Shown here in pieces: positions 62,569 to 62,999 of a DNA stretch of 62,999 nucleotides. Each line of letters starts with the position of its first letter. Position 1 is the first letter of the stretch. The stretch is from Myxococcota bacterium (GTDB taxonomy: Bacteria > Myxococcota_A > UBA796 > UBA2385): NCBI GenBank assembly GCA_964226865.1, contig CAXQUZ010000359.1:1-62999 (forward strand), written 5' to 3'. Position numbers and translations under genes: made by a program. The notes beneath the pieces are model-generated. The model worked only from the letters and a program-made list of their open reading frames with translations. It ran no database searches and was not told the DNA's origin.

Positions 62569-62999
62569 AGCAACCTCGCTTCTATGGCAATTCGCCCCGC
62601 CAGACGGCGGAGCGATGGAGAGCCGCTACCATAGCTCCAACGGAGTGACAGCCGCGACGGGCACTCGGGAGGAACTGTTGTGGCTGCGGTCTCGCAGTCG
62701 TGAGAGATCTCACTGAGGTCTTCGGAACCGCATGCATCGCCGCCGCCCTCGACGTCGTCTTGTCCGGAAGGGCTGGGAACGCCCCCCATAGCCCCGCGCT
62801 CCTTTGGTGAGTCCCGCGCCTCCTGTGCGGCCCCCGTCATCAAGCGGCCGCCCGCAGGGAGCATCGCGACCGAGGACGGCCGCCACAGAGACCCGACGGG
62901 AGCGCATCGTCGGCCTGCCCGCCAGTCGCGTCCCGGGAAGTGGTGTACGAAGCCATCGGACCTCGTAGTTGGCTCTCGCACCTCTCTGCCGGTCGAATC

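Noticed and set aside
62547-62981. 144-aa minus-strand ORF and the overlapping 62710..62907 ORF upstream of the low-GC lipoprotein.
   Set aside because: There are no recognisable motifs, the GC3 signal is inconsistent between frames, and there is no convincing start or RBS. The segment may be degraded coding sequence, but I cannot support a call.
62950-62999. A possible tRNA 3' half at the window end because of ...gccggtcgaatc.
   Set aside because: The T-loop lacks the TTCGAAT spacing, and the preceding 60 nt cannot be folded into D and anticodon arms. No tRNA was called.

Overview
Very GC-rich window (most of it well above 70% GC by eye), almost fully coding. The content points to Myxococcota: a MYXO-CTERM-type sorting tail, many Cys-rich CDDxD..CDGxDNDCDG repeat lipoproteins, DTGD-type acidic linkers and sigma-54-like promoters. 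All family calls come from motifs read by eye; no searches were run. I chose reading frames by third-codon-position GC and protein-like composition, because every region also carries long spurious ORFs in other frames. The ORF track's 'M' is often GTG or TTG, so I re-trimmed many starts, frequently to 4-nt start/stop overlaps (GTGA/ATGA) that chain genes into operons. Ordinary content: an arsR-acr3-arsC cluster, DbpA helicase, PrpE-like acyl-CoA synthetase, hydrolases, P450, TetR/LysR/WYL regulators and histidine kinases. Candidates for undescribed systems: (1) at 35215-43522, a translationally coupled operon of two exported caspase-family (C14) proteins and two lipoproteins, facing a coupled LuxR / sigma-like / membrane-protein operon; (2) at 48343-54408, a coupled operon of a 741-aa helical protein with one hydrophobic hairpin, a 904-aa double-LamG protein lacking a signal peptide, and a Tat-signal DUF1501 protein, divergent from a MYXO-CTERM protein and OmpA-family pair; (3) at 21439-25933, a coupled sulfur cassette with two unusual fusions. 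Other notable items: an in-frame TAG splitting a di-haem cytochrome gene whose paralogue is intact, a bacterial fibrinogen-like domain, and an alpha/beta-hydrolase fused to an atypical P450. The right end (57650-62999) is a decaying accessory zone holding a multicopper-oxidase stub, homopolymer frameshifts, an IS3 OrfA remnant and a lipoprotein gene at roughly 57% GC. The left edge (1-160) is about 50% GC. I saw no rRNA, tRNA or CRISPR.
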